From a bacterium (GTDB taxonomy: Bacteria; Hydrothermota; Tepidihabitantia; Tepidihabitantales; Tepidihabitantaceae): a DNA stretch of 26,164 bases. This document shows positions 8,776-16,376 of the stretch, one piece after another. The stretch lies in NCBI GenBank assembly GCA_046485285.1, contig JAWOHE010000086.1, positions 1 to 26,164 on the forward strand, given 5' to 3'. The notes below the pieces were generated by a model that was not told the DNA's origin, made no database searches, and saw nothing but the letters and a program-made list of their open reading frames with translations. Each line of letters starts with the position of its first letter. Within the stretch, counting starts at the first letter, position 1. Made by a program: the position numbers and the translations under genes.

Positions 8776-10067
8776 CGCCTCATCCCCCGCCGGATGTTCT
8801 CGGTCTTCGCCCAGGACAGCCTGAGCAGGTCGTTCCAGCCATAGCGGTGCCTGCCGTCCTCGAAGGCCGCCATCCGCTCGGTGCAGCAGTAGCACGGGTC
8901 GACCGCGGCCAGCGTGATCGCCGCGTCGGCAATCGTCCCGCCGACGCAGGCGACCTTGTTCGAGGCGATGTTCATATAGCTCGGCGCGCGGACCTTGTGC
9001 CGGAGCGGCCGGTTGCTGCCGTCCGAGCGCATGTAGTGGAAGACCTCGCCGCGCGGGGCCTCGGTGCGGCCGCAGCCCTCGCCCGGCGGCACTTCCTCGA
9101 TCCGCGTCTCGATCGGCCCGGCCGGGGTCTGCTTGAGGCACTGACGGATCATCTTGACCGACTCGATGATTTCGAGGAGCCGGACCTTGGCCTTGGCGAA
9201 GACATCGCCTTCCGGGAAGTGGATGACGTTCCAGTCCAGGTACGGGTATGCGGCGTGCGGCTCGTCGCGCCGGACGTCGCCGGGCACGCCCGACCCGCGG
9301 GAGGTCGGGCCGGTGCAGGAATAGGCCAGCGACTGCTCGCGGGTCAACACCCCGACGCCTTCGAGCCGCGCGTGTATCACCGGGTCGTCGAGCACCGCGT
9401 TGGTCAGGAGCCAGGTCTTCTTCTCGATCTCGTTCATCGCGGCTTCAATCGGCCCGACCATCTCCGGCTTCAGGTCGTGGCGGACCCCGCCCGGCTTGTT
9501 CATCGCGTAGTGGTTGCGGTTGCCGACCAGCATCTCGAAGACGTCGAGCACCGCGTCGCGGTACTTCCACGCCCACATCCAGACCGTGTTGTAGCCGATG
9601 AAATGCCCGGCCAGCCCGACCCAGAGCAGGTGCGAGTGGATCCGCTCGAGCTCGTGGACGATGACCCGAAGGTACTTCGCCCGCTCCGGAATCTCGATGT
9701 TGCAGATGTCCTCGACCGCCATCACCGCCGCCAGCGGGTGTGAGTTCGAGCAGATCCCGCAGATGCGCTCGACCAGGAACGGAACCTGGTCGTAGGTCAG
9801 CTCGGGTGAGATGAACTCGTGGCCGCGGTGGTTGTAGCCGAGGTGGATCTCGAGGTCGACGACCGTCTCGCCCTCGACGACGAGCTTGAAGAACTCGGGC
9901 TCCTCCTGGAGCGGGTGGTACGGCCCGATCGGGACGATGCGCCGGGGGCTACCGCCCCCGGAAGCCGCGCCAGAGGCGCGTTCAGACAAGGAACGGATTT
10001 CCCATCTTCCGACGGCTGCGCCGTCGGCTTCCCGGCGCGTGGCGCCGGGGCCGCTATCCGCGCTCAT
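8772..10067 (-). CDS. Group 4 [NiFe]-hydrogenase large (catalytic) subunit, NuoD-like
   Basis: PIGPYHP, GYNHRG, L1 ERICGICSNSH, ELERIHSH, EAPRGE, L2 DPCYCCTER. All four Ni-Fe Cys are present, followed by a C-terminal extension. Confidence 0.93.
   Translation of the reverse strand: MSADSGPGATRREADGAAVGRWEIRSLSERASGAASGGGSPRRIVPIGPYHPLQEEPEFFKLVVEGETVVDLEIHLGYNHRGHEFISPELTYDQVPFLVERICGICSNSHPLAAVMAVEDICNIEIPERAKYLRVIVHELERIHSHLLWVGLAGHFIGYNTVWMWAWKYRDAVLDVFEMLVGNRNHYAMNKPGGVRHDLKPEMVGPIEAAMNEIEKKTWLLTNAVLDDPVIHARLEGVGVLTREQSLAYSCTGPTSRGSGVPGDVRRDEPHAAYPYLDWNVIHFPEGDVFAKAKVRLLEIIESVKMIRQCLKQTPAGPIETRIEEVPPGEGCGRTEAPRGEVFHYMRSDGSNRPLRHKVRAPSYMNIASNKVACVGGTIADAAITLAAVDPCYCCTERMAAFEDGRHRYGWNDLLRLSWAKTENIRRGMRR
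9960..10049. repeat. Coding palindromic element, diverged inverted copy D (hydrogenase large-subunit N-terminus)
   Basis: Reverse complement reads cccggcgccacgcgccggga...aatccgttcc...cgcgcctctggcgcggcttcc; both terminal hairpins and the gcttcc flank are shared with copies B and C. Confidence 0.72.
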
Positions 10068-10509
10068 GCTTGTCCGCCCTTCGTTCGTAGTCGCGTCGCA
10101 GCGGCTTCTTTTCCGGATCCCAGTCGGTATCGGACGTCAAGAGCGGCCGCATGTCCGGGTTGCCGGGGAACTCGATGCCCATCAGCTCGGTCATCTCGCG
10201 CTCGATCCACTCGGTCGAGGGGAACCACCCGGCCTGGGACTCGATGCGTGGGTCATCCTTGGGCGCGATGACCTTGAGCGTATAGAGTCCGCCGTTCGCG
10301 TCGTCCGAGAAATGGTAGAGCACCTCGAAACCGGCCCGGGTGTCGATGCCGGTACAGATGCAGAGCCTCATTCCCCGCTCCTGGTGCAGGAACCGGCAAG
10401 CCTCGGTGACCCGCTCGCGCGGGACGGTGATGTAGATCCGGTTCTCGTTGTGCCGGTGGTAGCCGGCGTCCGGGAATCGCTCGCGCAGTTTCGCCTCGGC
10501 TTCTCTCAT
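10054..10509 (-). CDS. NuoC/MbhK-like (complex I 30 kDa) hydrogenase subunit
   Basis: TGID...EVLYHF and WIEREMTELMGIEFPGNPD...PLRRD. Start re-called to ATG 10509 (ATGA overlap). Confidence 0.88.
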   Translation of the reverse strand: MREAEAKLRERFPDAGYHRHNENRIYITVPRERVTEACRFLHQERGMRLCICTGIDTRAGFEVLYHFSDDANGGLYTLKVIAPKDDPRIESQAGWFPSTEWIEREMTELMGIEFPGNPDMRPLLTSDTDWDPEKKPLRRDYERRADKHERG

Positions 10510-10922
10510 AGCTTGCCCAGAGCCTTCACCACGCCCAGGAGCATCGCCTCCGGCCGCGGCGGGCAGCCGGGAATGTAGGCGTGGACCGGGAGGTACTTGT
10601 CGTACGGCCCGACCGCGTTGTAGGAGTTGCGGAAGATGTGCTTGTCGCTGGTGCACGAACCGACGCAGATGACCAGGCAGGGCTTTGCCGCCTGCTCGTA
10701 GACCTCGAGCACGCGCGGCAGGCTCTTGCGGTTGATGACGCCGGTAACCAGCAGGGCGTCGGCGTGCCGGGGCGAGCCGACCAGCACGACCCCGAAACGC
10801 TCGACGTCGAACCGCGGGGTCAGGAGCTCGAGGATCTCGATGTCGCAGTTGTTGCACGGGGCGGCCGCCAGGTGATAAACCCACGGCGATTTCTTCAGGC
10901 CCCAGAGTCCAAGCTTGCTCAT
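10506..10922 (-). CDS. Group 4 [NiFe]-hydrogenase small subunit (NuoB-like)
   Basis: CNNCDIE, SPRHADALLVTG, VGSC, YIPGCPPRPE. Confidence 0.93.
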   Translation of the reverse strand: MSKLGLWGLKKSPWVYHLAAAPCNNCDIEILELLTPRFDVERFGVVLVGSPRHADALLVTGVINRKSLPRVLEVYEQAAKPCLVICVGSCTSDKHIFRNSYNAVGPYDKYLPVHAYIPGCPPRPEAMLLGVVKALGKL

Positions 10923-10926
10923 GGCC

Positions 10927-11850
10927 TCAGATTCCCACGAATGCCAGTATCACGGCGGCGACGCCGAGTCCGCCGAGCCCGAACCAGAAAAACCGCAGGG
11001 CCTGGTCCACGCGCAGGCGCGGGTTGGTGTTCCTTATCAGCACGACCAGGACGATGACGGCAAGAAATTTGAGAATCGCCCACCAGCTCGCGAAGCCGCC
11101 CCAGAGCACCGAGACGAGGAACAGCGGCATCACCACCATCATCATCGCCCGGGTCAGCCGGAACATCGCCAGCGCGGCGCCGGAATACTCGGTGTAGACC
11201 CCGGTCATTATCTCCTGCTCGGCCTCGGCGGTGTCGAACGGCACCAGCCCGAGCTTGGCCTGGGTCACGAGCAGGACGATGACCACCGCGATGACGCCCG
11301 AGACCGAGGCGAGGAAAGGCGCGCCCTGCTGGGCCGCGACCAGCCGGCCGAGCGTTATCGCCCCGCCCGACTTGATGATCGGCACCAGCAGCGCCAGCAG
11401 GAACGGCAGTTCGTAGCCGAAATACAGCGTCATCTCGCGCGACGCGCCGACCGCGGCGAGCGGGTTCCGGCTCGCCGACGCGCCGATTATCAGCCCGAGC
11501 GGCGGCAGGGCGAAGAGGTAAACCAGCACCAGCACGTCGCCGACGAAGCCCGAGCCGCCGAAGTTCGCGTTCCAGAGGATCACCGTCGCGACCGTCATCG
11601 CGACGACGCCGAGCATCGGCGCGAACAGAAAGACGAGCGGGTGCGCGCCCTCCGGGACGATCGTCTGCTTCAACAGCAGCTTCGCGAAGTCCGCGAACGG
11701 CTGGATGAACGGCGGCCCCTTGCGGAACTGGACCCGCGCGGTCACCAGCCGGTCAACCCAGCTCAGCACGAAGCCGACCAGCACCGTGAACAGGAACCCG
11801 GGGAAGACCAGGAAGGCGAACGCCAGCCGCCAGCCAGTCCAGCCGATCAC
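10927..11850 (-). CDS. NuoH/HycD/MbhM-like membrane anchor subunit
   Basis: DRLVTARVQFRKGPPFIQPFADFAKL, GASRE, PFDTAEAEQEIMTGVYTEYSG, PRLRVDQ. GTG start 11850 behind GGAGG. Confidence 0.92.
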   Translation of the reverse strand: MIGWTGWRLAFAFLVFPGFLFTVLVGFVLSWVDRLVTARVQFRKGPPFIQPFADFAKLLLKQTIVPEGAHPLVFLFAPMLGVVAMTVATVILWNANFGGSGFVGDVLVLVYLFALPPLGLIIGASASRNPLAAVGASREMTLYFGYELPFLLALLVPIIKSGGAITLGRLVAAQQGAPFLASVSGVIAVVIVLLVTQAKLGLVPFDTAEAEQEIMTGVYTEYSGAALAMFRLTRAMMMVVMPLFLVSVLWGGFASWWAILKFLAVIVLVVLIRNTNPRLRVDQALRFFWFGLGGLGVAAVILAFVGI

Positions 11851-12314
11851 GGCCGCCTCCAGTGGGGCGAACGGGCGGCGATGCCGACCCCGGTCTTCTT
11901 CTCGGCCAGCTCGCTCTCCTCGACGTACTGGAGCGCGCCGGTCGGGCAGGTCGTGGCACAGCGCGGGCCGCCCTCGCGGTCCGCGCAGAGGCTGCACTTC
12001 TGGGACGTACTGCGCAGGAGGTAAGTGTCCATCACCCCGAACGGGCAGGCCAGCACGCAGGACCGGCAACCGACGCAGTGGAAGCTCGAGCGCGAGACGA
12101 TGCCGGTCTCCGGGTCCTTGCGGATGACGTCGAACGGGCAGGCGGCCATGCACAGCGGCTCGGCGCAGTGCCGGCACGACAGCGGGAAATAGGCCTGGGC
12201 GTTCACCTCGGCGTAGCGCACCCGGGCCTCGCCCCTGAACCGGCTCCGGCAAGCCGCCTCGCACGACCGGCAGCCGATGCAGTAGTCGAGGCGCAGTACC
12301 AGTCGCTTCGCCAT
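11847..12314 (-). CDS. HycB/HydN/DmsB-like 4x[4Fe-4S] electron-transfer protein
   Basis: CIGCRSCEAAC, CRHCAEPLCMAACP, CVGCRSCVLACP, KCSLC..P.CATTCP. Start re-called to ATG 12314. Confidence 0.9.
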   Translation of the reverse strand: MAKRLVLRLDYCIGCRSCEAACRSRFRGEARVRYAEVNAQAYFPLSCRHCAEPLCMAACPFDVIRKDPETGIVSRSSFHCVGCRSCVLACPFGVMDTYLLRSTSQKCSLCADREGGPRCATTCPTGALQYVEESELAEKKTGVGIAARSPHWRRP

Positions 12315-12315
12315 C

Positions 12316-14022
12316 TCAGGACCTCGTTTTGTCCGACCGGGCGGCCGCTTCGAAAAACCGGCCGCCGCGGGAATCCGGGACAGCAACGACCGGGGGTTGG
12401 ACCGCGCCGGCCAGCTTCTCGACCGTGACATTCACCGGCGTGACGGTCGTCATCCCGGAACTCTCGTCCAGCGCCAGCGGGAACAGCGCACGGTTCTCGT
12501 GGACGTTGGTCCCGACCATCGCCACGCCGGGCGGAACCTGCTCCGTGACCAGCGCCTGGAACTCCCGCGCCCCGGTCGGGCTCGTCACCCGGATGACGCT
12601 GTCGCCGTCCGCCCCGAGCCGGACGGCGTCCTCCGGGTTCAGCGACAGCCGGTCCTCCGGGTCGTAGAACCCGCGCAGGCCGATGGCCTTCTTCTCGCCG
12701 ACGAGCAGGAATCCCTCGCCGCCCCGCGCAAGCCCGGCGGCCTTCGTCGCCATCGCGACGACCGCCCCCGGCGCTACGCGCCGAGAATCCGTTCCGGAAT
12801 CCTGATGGCGTTCTCCTTCTCTCCGCGCCGCAGGCGCGGCGTACAGCAGTTCCAGCACCCGGCCGGAATCCCGGCTTCCGCTCAGCGGCGCGGCCAGCGG
12901 CTCGCGGGTCGCCGGCCCCCAGTAGGTCTGGGCCCGGGCGGACTTCTCGAGCTCCGCGGTCACCGGCAGGACCAGCCCGGGCACCGGCGGGTCGGGTATG
13001 AATATCGAAGTCGCCACCCGGTACTCGGCTTTCGCCGCCTCTGGGAAGATTTCGGCGTAGCTGTAAGGGTACAGCCCGCCGGTCCAGAAGAGCAGCCGGA
13101 CCCGTCCCTGCCCGAGCGCCTGGCGCAGCTCGGTGAAGCCCGTCTGGCCGTAGGGCAAGCCGGTCTCGCGGAACCCGGTGAACGGCATCTTTGCCTTCAC
13201 CGCAACCAGCTGAGCCGCCAGGCTGTGCAGGGCCGGGTGATACACCCGGCCGAAATGGGCCGCGCAGCCGACGAAGCCGGGCACGCCCGCGCCCAGCACC
13301 GCGGCGGCCGCGGCGAGCTGACCCCGGCTCACGCCCGCGGCCGCGGCCATGGCGTCGACATCCGCCTTCAGCTTGCCATCGAGCAGGCCGGCCAGCGCGA
13401 CCAGCGCCAGCGGCTCGGTCCCGGGCCGCACCTGGATGAATACATGGGCGAACCCGGACTGCCGGGTCCGGACCGAGTCAATCACCACCAGCCGGTTCTT
13501 CCGGTCCGCGTAGCGGGCGTCGAGCATCCGCCCGGTCGCCACCGGCGAGGTGTTGAAGACGTCGCCGACCAGGAGCATCGCCTTCGCCGCCTCGAGCTCG
13601 GCCAGCGTCGCGTCCTTCACCCCCTCGAGCTTCAGGCTGAATGCATTCTCCGGCTCGATGTGGCCGCAGACGATGAAGTCGGTCCCGATCTCGCGGGCGA
13701 GGTCGAACATCCTGCCGGCCTCGTCGGCACCCCGGCCCCGGCTGTAGACCAGCGCGACTTCCTTGGGCTTCACCGCCGCCCGCCAGGCCCGCACCAGCCG
13801 CTCGGCCTCAGGCCAGGCTATCGGCCTGCCGTCGAGCAGCGGGTAGGCCAGCCGCTTCGGGTGGTCAATCACAACGCTCGCCGAATTGCCCCGGGCGCAC
13901 AGCCTTCCCCGGTTGACCGGCCCGTCGGCCGGGTACTCCATCCGGTACTGGTAGCCGTCGAACACCACCGCCGAGGTACAGCCGTTGAGGCAGAACGGGC
14001 AGGTCGTCGTCTTCGTCTCCAT
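12316..14022 (-). CDS. Molybdopterin-oxidoreductase-fold protein (FdhF/NuoG C-terminal-like), probably degenerate, with one [4Fe-4S]
   Basis: TTCPFCLNGC...NRGRLCARG, RLAYPL, LVVID..RT, VRPGTE, VLPVTAELEK; C-terminal dinucleotide-binding-like domain LNPEDAVRLG...V.VTSPTG...VTEQVPPG. Confidence 0.8.
   Translation of the reverse strand: METKTTTCPFCLNGCTSAVVFDGYQYRMEYPADGPVNRGRLCARGNSASVVIDHPKRLAYPLLDGRPIAWPEAERLVRAWRAAVKPKEVALVYSRGRGADEAGRMFDLAREIGTDFIVCGHIEPENAFSLKLEGVKDATLAELEAAKAMLLVGDVFNTSPVATGRMLDARYADRKNRLVVIDSVRTRQSGFAHVFIQVRPGTEPLALVALAGLLDGKLKADVDAMAAAAGVSRGQLAAAAAVLGAGVPGFVGCAAHFGRVYHPALHSLAAQLVAVKAKMPFTGFRETGLPYGQTGFTELRQALGQGRVRLLFWTGGLYPYSYAEIFPEAAKAEYRVATSIFIPDPPVPGLVLPVTAELEKSARAQTYWGPATREPLAAPLSGSRDSGRVLELLYAAPAARREGERHQDSGTDSRRVAPGAVVAMATKAAGLARGGEGFLLVGEKKAIGLRGFYDPEDRLSLNPEDAVRLGADGDSVIRVTSPTGAREFQALVTEQVPPGVAMVGTNVHENRALFPLALDESSGMTTVTPVNVTVEKLAGAVQPPVVAVPDSRGGRFFEAAARSDKTRS
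12767..12840. repeat. Coding palindromic element, copy A (inside the Mo-fold gene)
   Basis: 66/74 identical to 22796-22869 by manual ungapped alignment. Confidence 0.92.
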
Positions 14023-14025
14023 CGC

Positions 14026-14841
14026 TTATACGAACGGGTCCGGGATGTCCTTGACCTGGTCCCAGGTCAGCACCGGGCCGTCCTTGCAGGTGAAGTATGG
14101 GCCGAGCTTGCAGTGGCCGCAATGCCCGAGCCCGCAGGACATGTTCGTCTCCATCGAAAGGTAGATGTGCTCGCCCCTGAACCCGGCCTCGAGCAGCTTC
14201 ATCGTCACGAACTTCATCATTATCGGCGGCCCGCAGACCACCGCGATGCTCTTCGCCTCGTCGCAGGGAATCTCGTCCATCAGGCAGGTCACGACCCCGA
14301 CCTTCTTCATCCAGCGCTCGTCGCGGACGTCGACCGAAAGGTCGATGTCGACCTTCTTCATCTTCTCCCACTCCGGGATGAGATACTTGTAGACGATGTC
14401 GTCCGGCGTCCGGGCGCCGTAGCGCAGGAAGATCCGGCCGTACTTGTCGATCTCGTGGGTCAGGGCGAGGAACAGCGCCCGCAGCGGCGCGAGCCCGACG
14501 CCGCCGCCGACGATGTAGATGTCCCGGCCCTCGAACTTTTCCAGCGGGTAACGCGCGCCGTACGGCCCGCGGATGCCGACCTTGTCCCCGACCTTGAAGT
14601 TGAACAGCGCCCCGGTCGCCCGGCCGACCTTCATTATCGTCATCTCGATCGTCTCGCGCCGGAAATGCGACGAACTCGGCGTGAACGGCGCCTCGCCGTA
14701 CCCGGGCATCGTCAGCTCAATGAACTGGCCGGCCAGGAACGGCACCTCCTGCTCGGGACGAAGCTCGAAGGTGCGGATATTCGGCGTCTCGTCAATCGTC
14801 TTGACTATCTCGGCCGAGATCGGCTGGAAGATATTCGCCAA
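14026..14841 (-). CDS. FAD/NAD(P)-binding [2Fe-2S] oxidoreductase (AsrB / sulfhydrogenase gamma HydG-like)
   Basis: F.AGQF, GEAPF, RGPYG, GGGVGLAPLR, YGART, CGPPIMMK, MSCGLGHCGHC...TCKDGPV. TTG start at 14841 behind GAGG, 1 nt after the upstream stop. Confidence 0.9.
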   Translation of the reverse strand: MANIFQPISAEIVKTIDETPNIRTFELRPEQEVPFLAGQFIELTMPGYGEAPFTPSSSHFRRETIEMTIMKVGRATGALFNFKVGDKVGIRGPYGARYPLEKFEGRDIYIVGGGVGLAPLRALFLALTHEIDKYGRIFLRYGARTPDDIVYKYLIPEWEKMKKVDIDLSVDVRDERWMKKVGVVTCLMDEIPCDEAKSIAVVCGPPIMMKFVTMKLLEAGFRGEHIYLSMETNMSCGLGHCGHCKLGPYFTCKDGPVLTWDQVKDIPDPFV

Positions 14842-14842
14842 G

Positions 14843-15877
14843 CTAGACCTCGAGCAACACCTTCCGGATGTCGATCTTGCCCATGCAGACCTTGTAGCAC
14901 CGGCCGCAGCCCGAACAGGCCGGCATCCCCTGCCAGTTCGGGAAATGGCTGAACTTGCAGTAAAAGCGGTTGTAGAACCGCTTGATGAACTCGGCCCGCG
15001 GGTTAGCCCCTCCGCCGACCCGGGCATAGGCCGCGACGTAGCAGGCGTCCCAGACCTTCGTCCGCTCCATCCCCTGCGCCTTCGCCTTGTCGTGAAGCAG
15101 GAAGCAGTAGCAGGTCGGGCAGGCCATCAGACAGCCGTAGCACTCCACGCAGTCGGCTGCGTGCCCGGACCAGAACGCGTTGTCCTGGACCCGCTTCCAG
15201 ATCCGGGCCGGCGTGTCCGGGGCGAACGGCTTCGGGTTGATCTCCGCGAGCCGCTTCCCCGCTGCCTTTCGGCTTGACTCGCGCGAGGCAAGCTGGGCCT
15301 CGGTCGCCGGGGTGGTGCGGGCGAGCACGACCAGCTTCTCCCCCGCCTCGGTCAGCGGTTCGAGCAACCAGCCGTCCTCGAGCACCGAGAAAGCCACGTC
15401 CGCCTCGTCCCGGTCCTCGCCCGTCGCGTACGGCCGCCCGTGGACGAGGTTGCAGAAGCAGCTGTCCTCCGGGGCCGGGCAGTCCGCGACGACGATCAGC
15501 GTGTTCTCCCGGCGCGAGCGGTAGAAGTCGTCCTTGTGCTCCTGCTCGAGGTACATCTTCCGGTGCACCCGCAGCGCGGCCACGTCGCAGGCCTTCGCCC
15601 CGAACAGGATACGGCGTTCGGCCGGACCCGGCTCGAACCGCCCGGGTAGCTCCGCGACCTTCTCGCGCGGGGAGAAGAGAAAGGTCTTGACCGGCTCCGC
15701 GGCCCGGATCCGCTTCAGCGCGGCGCCAATCGCATCCGCGCTCTCCGTCGCCTCCGGACTCAGTCTCTGCCAGTGTACCTGCTCCTTGGCAATGGCAGGC
15801 ACGAAAAGGGCAGAATGGGCCGAAAGCGCTCGGAGCCAGTCGGGTGAGGACGCATTCGCGAGGAACTGGATACTCAC
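14843..15877 (-). CDS. 4Fe-4S dicluster protein (AsrA / sulfhydrogenase beta HydB-like)
   Basis: KTFLFSPRE, LFGAKACD, D.FY..RRE, SCFC, CVECYGCLMACPTCYC, WDAC, CSGCGRCYKVC..KID. Confidence 0.88.
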   Translation of the reverse strand: MSIQFLANASSPDWLRALSAHSALFVPAIAKEQVHWQRLSPEATESADAIGAALKRIRAAEPVKTFLFSPREKVAELPGRFEPGPAERRILFGAKACDVAALRVHRKMYLEQEHKDDFYRSRRENTLIVVADCPAPEDSCFCNLVHGRPYATGEDRDEADVAFSVLEDGWLLEPLTEAGEKLVVLARTTPATEAQLASRESSRKAAGKRLAEINPKPFAPDTPARIWKRVQDNAFWSGHAADCVECYGCLMACPTCYCFLLHDKAKAQGMERTKVWDACYVAAYARVGGGANPRAEFIKRFYNRFYCKFSHFPNWQGMPACSGCGRCYKVCMGKIDIRKVLLEV

Positions 15878-15886
15878 GTAGGCGGA

Positions 15887-15914
15887 AAACTACAAATCTA
15901 AAACCGATTGTCAA
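15887..15914 (-). promoter_or_regulatory. Sigma70-like promoter of the hydrogenase operon
   Basis: TTGACA(15914-15909)-16 bp-TAGTTT(15892-15887) in an AT-rich gap, 9 nt before the GTG start; no SD. Confidence 0.65.
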
Positions 15915-15939
15915 GCAGAACGTGAACTCGTTCGACCAC

Positions 15940-15967
15940 TTGACCCGGTCGCGTTGAGGGCGAGAAT
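15940..15967 (+). promoter_or_regulatory. Divergent sigma70-like promoter
   Basis: TTGACC(15940-15945)-16 bp-GAGAAT(15962-15967); in-frame GTG at 15975 near the expected +1. Confidence 0.45.
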
Positions 15968-16376
15968 GTCGGCTGTGGCAGTTGTCGTCCTGCTTTCGCT
16001 TCTGGCCTTTGGGCCCGCCGCCGGGGTGGATACACCGGCACCAAATGAGGGATGGGTAGGATGGGAGGGGAAGGGTCGAGAGGGCCGGGGAGGATGGGAA
16101 GGAGCGGAGGACGGCTGGCTGGGCCTTGACAAGCTGTGGCACTTCTCGGCCAGCTTCGTCACGGTCGGCGCCGGGTATCACCTCTGCGCCAACCGCTTCG
16201 GCCTTGCCCACGCGCCTGCAGTCGGCATTTCAATCGGCGGCACGTTTTCGCTGGGAATCGGCAAGGAACTGTCCGACCGCTACGGGTTCCGCCGCCGCTT
16301 TTCGTGGAAGGACGTCGCGGCCAACTGCCTCGGCATCGCCGCCGGCTATTTCGTCTTCGCCCACCAGTACCGATGA
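15966..16376 (+). CDS. YfiM/DUF2279-like small membrane or exported protein
   Basis: Signal-peptide-like N-terminus; WLGLDKLWHFSASF, GIGKELSD, FSWKDVAAN..G motifs. Start is ATG 15966 or GTG 15975. Confidence 0.7.
   Translation: MSAVAVVVLLSLLAFGPAAGVDTPAPNEGWVGWEGKGREGRGGWEGAEDGWLGLDKLWHFSASFVTVGAGYHLCANRFGLAHAPAVGISIGGTFSLGIGKELSDRYGFRRRFSWKDVAANCLGIAAGYFVFAHQYR

Noticed and set aside
835-11850. Annotation as NADH dehydrogenase (complex I) or Mbx/MBS
   Set aside because: The large subunit retains both CxxC Ni-binding motifs and the small subunit has CxxC rather than adjacent CC, so this is a [NiFe]-hydrogenase.
12316-14022. Selenocysteine formate dehydrogenase
   Set aside because: No in-frame TGA and no canonical C/U-H active-site motif.
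12397-14952. 851-aa plus-strand ORF and the many other antisense or alternate-frame ORFs in the track
   Set aside because: Shadows of well-supported minus-strand genes; stop codons are scarce at this GC content.
14026-15877. Anaerobic sulfite reductase or soluble group 3b sulfhydrogenase
   Set aside because: No AsrC (siroheme) or HydD/HydA in the window; the genes are coupled to the group 4 operon.
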